In this document: one piece after another, positions 20,307 through 29,590 of the stretch
Layout of the letters: each line of letters opens with the position of its first letter
Position numbering within the stretch: the stretch's first letter is position 1
Origin: Verrucomicrobiota bacterium
GTDB taxonomy: Bacteria > Verrucomicrobiota > Verrucomicrobiia > Opitutales > UBA2995
DNA: 64,000 bases
Assembly (NCBI GenBank): GCA_027622555.1
Contig: JAQBYJ010000001.1
Span: forward strand, 10,108-74,107
Direction: 5' to 3'
Made by a program: the position numbers and the translations under genes
The notes under the pieces: model-generated
Seen by the model: only the letters and a program-made list of their open reading frames with translations
Database searches by the model: none
What the model was told of the DNA's origin: nothing

Positions 20307-20335
20307 GAGGCCCACCGGATTAACCGGTAGGCCTC
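20307..20335 (-). terminator. strong hairpin immediately 3' of tRNA-Met (terminator or processing structure)
   Basis: Minus strand GAGGCCUACCGG-uuaau-CCGGUGGGCCUC: 12-bp stem including one G-U pair. No clear U-tract follows. Confidence 0.4.
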
Positions 20336-20337
20336 GA

Positions 20338-20414
<77 letters not shown>

Positions 20415-20650
20415 ACAAAGGAAAGAGGACGAATAGTTTTCAGATTCGCAATTGGTTCAAGGCTTTTTTTCAGCCATTTCATATTTTTAATTCCAAGCCC
20501 CGCTATATCTGGATTTCAAAGCCAAAATACACCTTGCTTTTCCAAATCAAAATACTACCTTGGCCTACTTTTTCCACTTCTGGAGAAAGACAACATTAAC
20601 CTTAAAAGCTCAGTAAGGAATCCACTAACATTAGGATTCCTGCAATTATT

Positions 20651-21499
20651 ATGAATATAACTGTTAGAGACCTATTCGATGCCGGCGTCCATTTCGGCCA
20701 CCAAACAAAACGCTGGAATCCAAAATCCAAACCATTCGTGTTCGATCACCGCCAAGGGATCAGCATAATGGATCTTGGTAAAACCTTCGAACGCCTGGAA
20801 GCAGGATCCGCTTTTCTTGAAAATATTGTAGCGAGTGGCGGCAAAGTTTTGTTGGTTGGAACAAAAAAACAGGCCCAGGAAGTTATGCGCGAGGCCGCAG
20901 CCGCTTGTGAGATGCCATTTTGCGTGAGTCGCTGGTTAGGTGGAACACTGACAAACTTCCCAACGATTCTGAACAGTATTGCTAAATATAAAAAATATCT
21001 GGCAATGGAAGCCGATGGAAGCCTGGACAAGCTACCGAAAAAAGAGGTGGCCGCTATTCATCGCGAAATGAGCCGAATGAACAGAAATTTCGAAGGTTTA
21101 CTCGAAATGCCTGAATTGCCTGATGCGATGTTCATTATCGACATTAATCGCGAAGACATTGCAGTGGCAGAGGCAAAACGCCTAGGAATCCCTGTGGTAG
21201 CTTTGGTTGATACCAATTCGGATCCAACTTTGGTTGACTACCCGATTCCAGGAAATGACGATGCGGTAAAATCTATCCGTATCATTGTCGAGACAGTCCT
21301 GGAAGCTCTGCAAAATGGCCTGGCTAAACGTGAATCAAGGAAAACTCCAATGACCTATGTGACCGAAACGGTTATGGAATCATATTCCGACCAAATGGCA
21401 GCTGAGGCAGCTGAAAATATGGAAGAGATCACGGTAACCATCGATCCTGAACTCATGGTTGACCAAGATGCCAAAAGAGAAATTGGCTCAGAGTCTTAA
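20651..21499 (+). CDS. rpsB: 30S ribosomal protein S2
   Basis: 282 aa. LFDAGVHFGHQTKRWNPK, LLVGTKKQA, GIPVVALVDTNSDP. Acidic C-terminal tail. Confidence 0.97.
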   Translation: MNITVRDLFDAGVHFGHQTKRWNPKSKPFVFDHRQGISIMDLGKTFERLEAGSAFLENIVASGGKVLLVGTKKQAQEVMREAAAACEMPFCVSRWLGGTLTNFPTILNSIAKYKKYLAMEADGSLDKLPKKEVAAIHREMSRMNRNFEGLLEMPELPDAMFIIDINREDIAVAEAKRLGIPVVALVDTNSDPTLVDYPIPGNDDAVKSIRIIVETVLEALQNGLAKRESRKTPMTYVTETVMESYSDQMAAEAAENMEEITVTIDPELMVDQDAKREIGSES

Positions 21500-21523
21500 A
21501 ACCAAATTTTAATAGATAATATA

Positions 21524-22117
21524 ATGAGTGTACAAATAACCGCCTCAATGGTAAACGACTTACGCCAGAAAACTGGTGTGGGTTTAATGGACTGCAAAAG
21601 AGCTCTTGTTGAAAGCGAAGGAGACCTGGAAAAAGCGATTACAGCTTTGCGAAAGAAGGGTGTTTCGACTGCTGAGAAAAAGGCCGGAAGAGCCGCCAGT
21701 GAAGGGCTCATTGAGCAATACATTCACATGGGAGGTAAAGTGGGTGTTTTGATCGAATTGAACTGCGAAACTGATTTCGTGGCGAAAACGGATGATTTCA
21801 AAGCTTTGGCGAAAGACATCTGCTTACATGTCGCCGCAGCTAATCCGTCATTCTTAAGGCGCGAACAGGTTTCGGAAGAACTGACTAACCAGGAAAGGGA
21901 TATCGCTATAGGACAAGCCGAAGGGAAGCCACCTCAAGCAGTAGAAAAGATCGTTGAAGGTAAACTCGATAAATTCTATTCTCAAATCTGTTTGATAGAG
22001 CAACCGTTTATCAAGGACCCAGCCAAAACAGTTAAAGAGCTCATCAATGAGAAGATCAGCCAATTAGGTGAAAACATTGTGATCCGTCGTTTTTCACGAT
22101 ATCAGTTGGGGCAATAA
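21524..22117 (+). CDS. tsf: translation elongation factor Ts (short form)
   Basis: 197 aa. ITASMVNDLRQKTGVGLMDCKRALVESEGDLEKAITALRKKG, LIELNCETDFVAKTDDF. Confidence 0.95.
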   Translation: MSVQITASMVNDLRQKTGVGLMDCKRALVESEGDLEKAITALRKKGVSTAEKKAGRAASEGLIEQYIHMGGKVGVLIELNCETDFVAKTDDFKALAKDICLHVAAANPSFLRREQVSEELTNQERDIAIGQAEGKPPQAVEKIVEGKLDKFYSQICLIEQPFIKDPAKTVKELINEKISQLGENIVIRRFSRYQLGQ

Positions 22118-22142
22118 TAGGTTCCGGCACAATAACATTTGC

Positions 22143-22176
22143 AAAAAAGCCTGCCTCAATGAGGCAGGCTTTTTGT
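22143..22176. terminator. bidirectional rho-independent terminator (tsf / TPR gene convergence)
   Basis: aaaaaaGCCTGCCTCaatGAGGCAGGCtttttg: perfect 9-bp stem, A6 upstream, T5 downstream. Confidence 0.85.
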
Positions 22177-22199
22177 TGTTTAAAATGTGTCAGGTTTGA

Positions 22200-23597
22200 C
22201 TAGCGGCTACCAAGACGCTGATTACGACAGGCCCGTTCGACTCTGTCCAAATAGTCCTCAACAGAAACCGTATATTCTATATCTAAGGCATCCCTCAATA
22301 AAGGGACTGCGTCACAATAGAGTTTTTCTGGAACCAGAGTCTGAGCGTATTCAATAAGAGCTCTATATTTGAAATCTTCGAGTTCCATAGCTAGCTCAAA
22401 ATACTTTCTTGCTTCTTCTATATCTTTTTCAGAAGCACTAAATCTAGCCAAAAGAAGCAAGGTCTGCCCATCATCCGGCTCAAGGGAAAGAATTTCTTCA
22501 AGGTAAGCAATTACGACCGTTGATTCAGCTTGTTCAGCGATAGCAATTTGAGCCTCAAGGCGGAGAAGGATGAGATGGTTTTCAGGAAGAAGCGCCTCAC
22601 CAAAAGTCTTACGAATAACATCGATTAAAACCTTTGAGTTTTTCCAGTAACCTCGACCCGTCATTATATTCGCTGAATTAACTGGAATATCCTGTTTTTG
22701 CTCGGGATCTAGTTCGATCGATTCGATGTAGGCACCAGTGGCTAATTCTACTTGATTTTCGTTCAAGTAAATATCACCGAGCCTCCCAAGAGAATCAGAA
22801 TTCCCCAAGCCCATGCGACGAACAATTTCGTAATTTGCCGCGGCTTTGAGGGTCTGGTTCAATGCAATGAAAGAATTCGCCTGGAGAAGCAGAAAGTCTT
22901 TTTCAGCCACTGCATCAGGTGCTCGAGCAACCATTTCTTCAAACAAGGATATTAACTCCAAATGCTTACCTTGAGGAATTAGCGTAGAAGCCAAACCTTT
23001 GTACCAGTCGAGCGTTTCAGGATCAGCGACAATTGCTTTTTTATAGGCACTTTCAGACTCTAACATTTTCTCCTGGTTAAGATAAATCATTCCAAGAAGA
23101 CCAAAAGTACGGGCATCGTCCTCACCTAAGGAAGTAGCAGTTGAAAATGCAACGGATGCACCTTTCCAATTTTGTGTTTGAAGGTGACAATAACCAAGAA
23201 GCCTGTGCGCTGATTGGAATGTGGGCCACTTATCCACCGCGCGTTTGAAATAAATGGCAGCGTTTTTAATATCATCTTCTCGGTAATAGTGAAGACCCAG
23301 TGTGAAGTCCAAGGCGGAACTCGCTTGTGGAGTTATGACCGAAGCCAGGTAGGCCAACGCTCTTTTGCTACTAGCCTCATCCTGATTCAGGGCAGAATAT
23401 TGCTCCAGGACTTCCTTCTCATCAGTTTTGATGGTGGGTACTTTGGCTTCTACCGCATTTAGATCCGCATAATAACTATCAAAATAGCCAGGTTTCTTCC
23501 AAAACTGCATGTCTAATTCGCCTGAGGCTGGAATGGTTACACCAGCGACAACAAACATAGATGCGAGAATACGCAGATAGAGATTAAAAGATTTCAT
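22200..23597 (-). CDS. secreted TPR-repeat protein (TtpD position of a TonB2-type cluster)
   Basis: 465 aa with signal peptide and multiple TPR units. Last gene of module 1. Paralogue of 27619..29007. Confidence 0.7.
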   Translation of the reverse strand: MKSFNLYLRILASMFVVAGVTIPASGELDMQFWKKPGYFDSYYADLNAVEAKVPTIKTDEKEVLEQYSALNQDEASSKRALAYLASVITPQASSALDFTLGLHYYREDDIKNAAIYFKRAVDKWPTFQSAHRLLGYCHLQTQNWKGASVAFSTATSLGEDDARTFGLLGMIYLNQEKMLESESAYKKAIVADPETLDWYKGLASTLIPQGKHLELISLFEEMVARAPDAVAEKDFLLLQANSFIALNQTLKAAANYEIVRRMGLGNSDSLGRLGDIYLNENQVELATGAYIESIELDPEQKQDIPVNSANIMTGRGYWKNSKVLIDVIRKTFGEALLPENHLILLRLEAQIAIAEQAESTVVIAYLEEILSLEPDDGQTLLLLARFSASEKDIEEARKYFELAMELEDFKYRALIEYAQTLVPEKLYCDAVPLLRDALDIEYTVSVEDYLDRVERACRNQRLGSR

Positions 23598-23604
23598 TTA
23601 TTTT

Positions 23605-24261
23605 TTAGCGACGAAGAGTGAAAGATAAAGGCAACCTCACTCGGGTTTTCACTTTCTTGTTGTCCTTTTCACCAGGTTCAAATTTCCACTGACGGACGGC
23701 CTTAAGCGCATTTTCATTAAATTCACGATTCGAAGACTTCTCGATGCTAGGACGTTTTACGTTTCCTAATTCATCTACGATAAATACTACGTTTACCGTT
23801 CCTTGAACGCGATTGCGTTTCAATTCAGGAGGATAAACGGGAGCAATCCGCACTAAAGGGACCGGTGCTTGGTCCAAGTCGGAAATTTCAAAAATCATAT
23901 CGTCAAAATTATCGGCGATATCGAATACCTGAACTGAGACTCCGTTCGAAGACATTCCTCCGTCGCCTGCATTCAAGGCCATATTGATCTGATCCAGAGA
24001 TAATTGCTGATTCTCTTTTTTCATTTCAATTTCTTCGTCCTGCTCCTCCTCTTCTGGTGGATCAGGGATCTCAGGAGGTGGAGGTGGTGGTGGCTGCACT
24101 TGAACACTTGAACCCTCGTCATCCTTTAAAGCATCTAATGGATTGGATAATATTTGGGTAAGAGTCAGTGAAACAAATAAAACAACAGTAATGATGATTC
24201 CCGATGGCAACGATATCGGTAAGGAACCGCCTTGGTAATTTGAAGAGAATACTTTTTTCAT
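23605..24261 (-). CDS. tonB: TonB family energy transducer
   Basis: 218 aa. N-terminal TM, Pro/Glu-rich spacer (PPPPPPPEIPDPPEEEEQDEE), C-terminal TonB domain (YPPELKRNRVQGTVNVVFIVDELGNV, ALKAVRQWKFEPG). Confidence 0.88.
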   Translation of the reverse strand: MKKVFSSNYQGGSLPISLPSGIIITVVLFVSLTLTQILSNPLDALKDDEGSSVQVQPPPPPPPEIPDPPEEEEQDEEIEMKKENQQLSLDQINMALNAGDGGMSSNGVSVQVFDIADNFDDMIFEISDLDQAPVPLVRIAPVYPPELKRNRVQGTVNVVFIVDELGNVKRPSIEKSSNREFNENALKAVRQWKFEPGEKDNKKVKTRVRLPLSFTLRR

Positions 24262-24297
24262 GGCTATTTGGGGTTTTAAATAAGTTACGAAATCCTT

Positions 24298-24702
24298 CTA
24301 ACGCATATCCGAAGAAATAAATATATTATTGGCCGAACCCATTTTAGCTTCATCGATAACTCGAATAACAGTTATCGTACTTGCGTTTTTATCTACCTGA
24401 AGAATTACAGGCATTGGGTTACGAGTATTTAATCGGCGAACGATGGAACGAATTCCTGTTATTCCGACTTCATTACCTCCATAAACAACTTGGTTGCTTC
24501 CAGTGATAGCAATCAAAATGGAATTTTTTTCCAATCGATCGGAAGTAGCAGTTAAAGGCTTTTCAACATCCACGCCGGGTTCCTGTACAAATACAGTGGT
24601 TACAATAAAGAAAATCAGGAGAATAAAGACCATGTCGATCATAGGCGAAATGTTGATTTCGCTTAACTCTTCGTTTTCAGCTAGTGATTTGCGGCCGCCC
24701 AT
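24298..24702 (-). CDS. exbD: ExbD/TolR family biopolymer transport protein
   Basis: 134 aa. INISPMIDMVFILLIFFIVTTVF TM motif with the conserved Asp. Confidence 0.9.
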   Translation of the reverse strand: MGGRKSLAENEELSEINISPMIDMVFILLIFFIVTTVFVQEPGVDVEKPLTATSDRLEKNSILIAITGSNQVVYGGNEVGITGIRSIVRRLNTRNPMPVILQVDKNASTITVIRVIDEAKMGSANNIFISSDMR

Positions 24703-24706
24703 GGTG

Positions 24707-25348
24707 CTATACGGTGGAAGAATTAAATGATGTGGTCTCGGTTTTTTGCAGTTTTTGGAGCATATAACTTTCTAAATGCACAAGGAAAGCAGAATATTGA
24801 TTTCGTTTCTTTTGAATAAGTGAAACGAGAAGATAACCTGGAATGGCAATAACCAGTCCGGTTTGGGTGGTAATAAGTGCTTCTGAAATACCTTCAGCGA
24901 CCAAATCGATGGTTTTACCTGAACCACTCGCCAACGCTTTAAATGTAGAAAGCATCCCAATGACTGTTCCAAGTAGGCCCATTAGCGGAGAAACCGTAAC
25001 CAGGATATTAAGAAACATTAGCCGAGCATCTACTATAGGCAGTGAAGCGATAGATATTTCCATGAAGCGATTTCTAACTTCATCAGGATCCCCTCCGCTC
25101 TCTTCTTTAATGTAGCTAATTATTTCTCCGACGTGGCCTGTTCCTTGAGAAGGATCGTCTATCCATTTATCATAGGAAGCTTCAGTAACTTTTGTATGAT
25201 TCCCACGTCGGAAGAACAGAATAAGTTCCATCGCGGTAAAAAAGATTATGAATGCGAGAAATACTAGCGGAATCATCACCCAGCCACCGCTGAGCCAAAC
25301 CGCTGATACTTTTTCGAAGGTAATATTTATTTGTCCAAAAACAGGCAT
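24707..25348 (-). CDS. exbB: MotA/TolQ/ExbB proton-channel protein (short ExbB)
   Basis: 213 aa, three TM helices. LGLLGTVIGMLSTFKAL and ISEALITTQTGLVIAIP. Confidence 0.88.
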   Translation of the reverse strand: MPVFGQINITFEKVSAVWLSGGWVMIPLVFLAFIIFFTAMELILFFRRGNHTKVTEASYDKWIDDPSQGTGHVGEIISYIKEESGGDPDEVRNRFMEISIASLPIVDARLMFLNILVTVSPLMGLLGTVIGMLSTFKALASGSGKTIDLVAEGISEALITTQTGLVIAIPGYLLVSLIQKKRNQYSAFLVHLESYMLQKLQKTETTSFNSSTV

Positions 25349-25360
25349 TATTATTTTGGA

Positions 25361-26740
25361 TTAGTTTTTCTTTGGAAGACCGTTAACGAGACCAAGCGCG
25401 GTTCGCTCCATACTCCCAAGAACACTTTTGGTCATTCGGGTAAGCATTGCGTGTGCAATGAGTGTCGGAATTGCGATTATTAATCCGGATTCTGTAGTAA
25501 TAAGTGCTTCTGAAATACCGGTAGACAATTGTTTGGCATCTCCAGTTCCGAAAATCGTGATCAATTTGAAAGTATTAATCATACCGGTAACAGTTCCCAG
25601 CAGACCAAGCAGTGGAGCCGTAGCAGCGGTAACGGCAATAAAAGGCAGAAATCGCTCTAACTTCGGTTGGGTGTTAAGCATTTTCTCATAAAGAATTTCT
25701 TCGATCAAATCTTCGGAGTAATCAATATGTTCCATAGCGGCCGTTAACATTTCACCCACCGGTCCTTTAACGCCTCTGGCATATCCTAAAGCATCTTCTT
25801 TGCGATCATTGTTGAGGTGGTCCAGAATCACAGCTAAATCTTTGGGATTACCCTTCTTTACAGCAGCAATCTCGATTACCTTGAAAACCGATACAATGAA
25901 AGCAGCTGTGGCCAGGACCAGAATCGGCCACATGACCAATCCGCCTTTATTGAAATGCTCAACAAGGGTTTCCTCGAGTTCTAAAATATCATACGCCTGA
26001 CCTAGTTTTGCATCCAGGAAAAGAGTGCCGGAGCCGGTTGAAGTAACCTCGGCCATTTGGGCCTCAGGCACCACAACTTTATCCGTTAGTTTCTGTCTGG
26101 GGCCTGCAGATTGACGATTTAACTCAACCCACCCGGTTCTGCCATTACCAGTAAACATACCAATTGGACCGATTATCGCGTAATCTCCATCGATGATTTC
26201 ACCACCAGCAATTTCAGATTTTCCTTTGAAGGTATAACCACCAACTGCCTTGAAGATACGGTCAAAAGAGGCATTCAATGCATTCACTTGAAGTTGTAAT
26301 CTATCCTTCAACGAAGCGTCGTTTGTCTCGACTTTCGACGCTTTAACAACGTCGGTGTAGAGTTGGATTTCACCCACATGAAGCGCCGTGGCTGCAAACT
26401 CAGAAATATAATTACCCAGGGCAGTATAGAGATAATCGGTTTGTTTCACCAAAGCTGCTTGCTTCTCTTGAAGTTCAGCCTTTTTACGATTTCCACCAGA
26501 TGCTCTTTCAACTGCATCATTCCGTTCAGCAGTTAACACGATCTTTGTGTCTTCGAGTTGGTTAATAGATTTCGCCATCGGTATCTTGGCTGCACCAATT
26601 TTATTTCTTAGCTCTGTTAACTCAATAAGCGCACGTTCCAGATCGGCTTCAGTTGTTTTGGCGGCGGTGTCATAACGAGTTGTTTGAGCACTCAGCGATA
26701 ACACAGGAATGAGTAGGCTAAGAATAAAAAGTTTTTTCAT
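25361..26740 (-). CDS. TtpC-like long MotA/TolQ/ExbB family protein (periplasmic coiled-coil N-domain + ExbB channel)
   Basis: Signal peptide MKKLFILSLLIPVLSLSAQT from the ATG at 26740 (track ORF extends to 26788). About 280-aa N-terminal domain, then LGLLGTVTGMINTF and ISEALITTESGLIIAIP. Confidence 0.8.
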   Translation of the reverse strand: MKKLFILSLLIPVLSLSAQTTRYDTAAKTTEADLERALIELTELRNKIGAAKIPMAKSINQLEDTKIVLTAERNDAVERASGGNRKKAELQEKQAALVKQTDYLYTALGNYISEFAATALHVGEIQLYTDVVKASKVETNDASLKDRLQLQVNALNASFDRIFKAVGGYTFKGKSEIAGGEIIDGDYAIIGPIGMFTGNGRTGWVELNRQSAGPRQKLTDKVVVPEAQMAEVTSTGSGTLFLDAKLGQAYDILELEETLVEHFNKGGLVMWPILVLATAAFIVSVFKVIEIAAVKKGNPKDLAVILDHLNNDRKEDALGYARGVKGPVGEMLTAAMEHIDYSEDLIEEILYEKMLNTQPKLERFLPFIAVTAATAPLLGLLGTVTGMINTFKLITIFGTGDAKQLSTGISEALITTESGLIIAIPTLIAHAMLTRMTKSVLGSMERTALGLVNGLPKKN

Positions 26741-26784
26741 AGAAATTTGTTTTTTGAAAATCATTAGATTTACTCTTTCTTGTT

Positions 26785-27567
26785 TCATTGTTGGATGGCC
26801 ACAGGCACATTTACGAAAACAGCGGGGAGCCGATTATCGGCGACTAGAACTGCGTTGTGGACCGCTTTAGCAATCTCGGGCATTTCCACCCATTCCCAAC
26901 CTTTTCCGATTACGGGGTATCCATATCCTGCAGTCGTTTGATTTTCATCCACGAAGTAGGCCTGACCAAATCCAACGTAAATTGTTTTCACTTCTGATAT
27001 TTCTCCATCCGACTCACGAAGTTCACTGCTCAGAGTAACAATACTATTAAAGTATTCAATATTCTTAAGAATGGAAATTACATTTTGAATTCTATCTTCC
27101 ACAGAGACGTTTAGGACACGACCTGAACTCGGATCAGGAATTCGACGAAGCTGAGTAGAAACTTTTTGCAGAAACACCGCAGGAAATATAGTAGCTAGTT
27201 CTACGATCTTTTTTTCAAAGGTGGGAACCGCAGCTTCGATAACTGCAAGGGCTTCTTCATTAGCCTTAATATCCTCCTGCAGTTCCTTTTGCGTGTTGTC
27301 CTGGGTTCCAATGTCCGTGTTCGCCGCAGCTATCGCCTCATCAAGATTTTTTATTTCAATCTTAATAAACTCGATATTGTCGAGAAGGGTCTTTTCTTCA
27401 GCCAACCAGGTTGTTTTTTCTTGAGCGATGATTTGCCGCGTCTCGACCCATTTTTGCAGAGTACTGCGAGCATTGGTCAATACTTCGGCTCCTTGGGCGA
27501 GGGAGATACTTCCTAAAAAGGCTATCAAAGCGAACAGTGGAATTCTTTTCTTCATGGTCGGTGTCAT
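26785..27567 (-). CDS. DUF3450-like periplasmic coiled-coil protein (TtpB position)
   Basis: 260 aa with signal peptide, long coiled coil and a C-terminal globular part (GQAYFVDENQTTAGYGYP..GWEW). First gene of module 1. Paralogue of 31007..31774. Confidence 0.65.
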   Translation of the reverse strand: MTPTMKKRIPLFALIAFLGSISLAQGAEVLTNARSTLQKWVETRQIIAQEKTTWLAEEKTLLDNIEFIKIEIKNLDEAIAAANTDIGTQDNTQKELQEDIKANEEALAVIEAAVPTFEKKIVELATIFPAVFLQKVSTQLRRIPDPSSGRVLNVSVEDRIQNVISILKNIEYFNSIVTLSSELRESDGEISEVKTIYVGFGQAYFVDENQTTAGYGYPVIGKGWEWVEMPEIAKAVHNAVLVADNRLPAVFVNVPVAIQQ

Positions 27568-27618
27568 TTCTGGGAACTGGGAGAAAATGGTATTATTTTT
27601 AAAGGTGAATAAATTAAA

Positions 27619-29007
27619 TTAGTTTCGGACAGCACGAACAACGTTTCGGACTCCGTTGAGGTATTCTTCCACATGGTCTTTCGGATTGATATCTTGTGCA
27701 CGTTCAATAGCCCGAAGTGCATCACGATACTTCTCTTTTGCAACTAAGGCTTTGCCATAGTGAAAAAGGGCTTTGTCTTCAAATCGTCCAATGTTTTGTG
27801 CTCGTTCATAGAGAAACTCAGCTTTTTCAAAATTTCCTGCTGTTGAATAATAATCGGCCAACAGAATCAACACGTCACCATCCAATGGGTTTTGGGAAGC
27901 CATTTCCTCCAATACGGGAATAATATCGGCGGATGCTTGACCAGATTCTGCCTGGATTTTGGCTTTTAGCTTACGAACCTGAAAAGACAGCTTGCTGTCG
28001 AGGCTACCGCCATAAGTTTTGTCAATTTCTGCTAAAACTTCAGAGGCCGCATCGACGAAACCAGCTTCGATAAGGGTAGCCGCAGCTGCAATCGGTTTTT
28101 CAACATTCAATCGGCCTTTTTGCTGAATTGCTTCTTTATAAACGCTGAGAGAAGCTTCAATAAATCCATGTTCCACATAAATATCACCCAAGGTAATAAG
28201 GTTTTCCGCAGTAATTTTCTTCATCCGACGAAGAACTTCATAGTTGGAAGCTGCAGAAAGCATATCATCCAAACCAATGTAAGCATCTGCTTGGAGTCTC
28301 CAATATTCTGCTTGTTCGGGTGCGCCGGTTATTAACCGATCAAATAATCCAGCAGCATCTTGGAACTTCCGCTGGAATAGAATGCTTTTTGCCAATCCAT
28401 ATTCCCAATCTTCGTTTTCTACTTCGTAAATTAAAGCAGACCGGTAAGAGGTTTCAGCAGCTATGAATTGCTCTTTCTCAAAGAATAGATACGCCAAAAT
28501 TGCGTATATGTTCTTGTCAACTGCGCCAAGTTTTACCGCAGAGGTGAAATGCTCAAGCGTCTTTTCTTTGTTTCCTAATTGGAAATAAAGGAATCCAAGG
28601 TTTTCGTGTGCGCGGGCAAAGTCTTTGTGTTTACTAATAGCATCTTCGTAACTCCTGACCGCTTGTTGAAGTTGCCCACCCTGGTAATACATATTAGCCA
28701 AGATCATGCTGTAAGTTGCATTTGAATCAGGATTTTTAGTCTTTTCAACCAACATTGCCTGGGCAGCTACTTTGTCAGTCAAAATGACCGGAAGAAACTC
28801 TTCCTCCAAAAAAGTCTTATCCTCTGGTCCCAACCTGGGCTCTACGGTTATCCGAGGAGACATGGTTCCGAGAAAGCGGTCTAGGAATTCTGGATCGCTC
28901 CAAAAGTTTGCATCGGGAACCTGAGCATAGGAAATGGATGACCCCAAACTGCCTATGGCAAGCAGGAAGATAGTGACTATTTTGGATTTTTTGATTTGGC
29001 GTAACAT
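27619..29007 (-). CDS. secreted TPR-repeat protein, paralogue of 22200..23597
   Basis: 462 aa with signal peptide. Collinear with the module-1 TPR protein (ANFWSDPEFLDRF vs MQFWKKPGYFDSY; YEVLRRM vs YEIVRRM). Confidence 0.7.
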   Translation of the reverse strand: MLRQIKKSKIVTIFLLAIGSLGSSISYAQVPDANFWSDPEFLDRFLGTMSPRITVEPRLGPEDKTFLEEEFLPVILTDKVAAQAMLVEKTKNPDSNATYSMILANMYYQGGQLQQAVRSYEDAISKHKDFARAHENLGFLYFQLGNKEKTLEHFTSAVKLGAVDKNIYAILAYLFFEKEQFIAAETSYRSALIYEVENEDWEYGLAKSILFQRKFQDAAGLFDRLITGAPEQAEYWRLQADAYIGLDDMLSAASNYEVLRRMKKITAENLITLGDIYVEHGFIEASLSVYKEAIQQKGRLNVEKPIAAAATLIEAGFVDAASEVLAEIDKTYGGSLDSKLSFQVRKLKAKIQAESGQASADIIPVLEEMASQNPLDGDVLILLADYYSTAGNFEKAEFLYERAQNIGRFEDKALFHYGKALVAKEKYRDALRAIERAQDINPKDHVEEYLNGVRNVVRAVRN

Positions 29008-29140
29008 GTGAACTAAGAGTTATCGTCTTAAAGTGAAAGCGACTGATCCCGCACTTGGGACCACTTGTTTAAATTTGTTTGTTTATCGAAATTCATTTTC
29101 TTATTTCCAGGCTCAACGAAATGAGCATCTGTAACATAAT

Positions 29141-29557
29141 TTAATCAGGGGCAGAAGTTAGGCTGATTACTTCGGCGCCTCCTAATCGGGCTTCATCCAT
29201 AACCATTACAACAAGCCCCGCAAGGGCAGCGTCTTGAGCTTCAACCACTACTGGCGCTTCTTTGTTAGCTTGTAAAACTTGACTTACTTTCGGCCGAATA
29301 GATCCACGATCAATTTTTTCGCCGTTGTAGAAAATCTGGTTATTCTTATCCACGCTGAGCTTAACTGACTCCTTCTCCTCATCTTGTTCTTCTGGCTCAG
29401 CAACCGGGTTGGGTCGATCGACAGCAAAACCCGATTCTTCAACAAAGACAGTTGTCACAATGAAAAATATGAGCAGGATGAAGACCATATCAATCATCGG
29501 GGAGATGTTGATTTGGCTGGTGTCGTCTCCACCGGATAATGATTTACGATTTTTCAT
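29141..29557 (-). CDS. ExbD/TolR family protein, second copy
   Basis: 138 aa. Shares the 24-residue TM block INISPMIDMVFILLIFFIVTTVFV with the first ExbD. Has an acidic insert (EPEEQDEEKE). Confidence 0.88.
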   Translation of the reverse strand: MKNRKSLSGGDDTSQINISPMIDMVFILLIFFIVTTVFVEESGFAVDRPNPVAEPEEQDEEKESVKLSVDKNNQIFYNGEKIDRGSIRPKVSQVLQANKEAPVVVEAQDAALAGLVVMVMDEARLGGAEVISLTSAPD

Positions 29558-29590
29558 TCCTATTAAGTAACGATTGAGATGACCAAGTTA

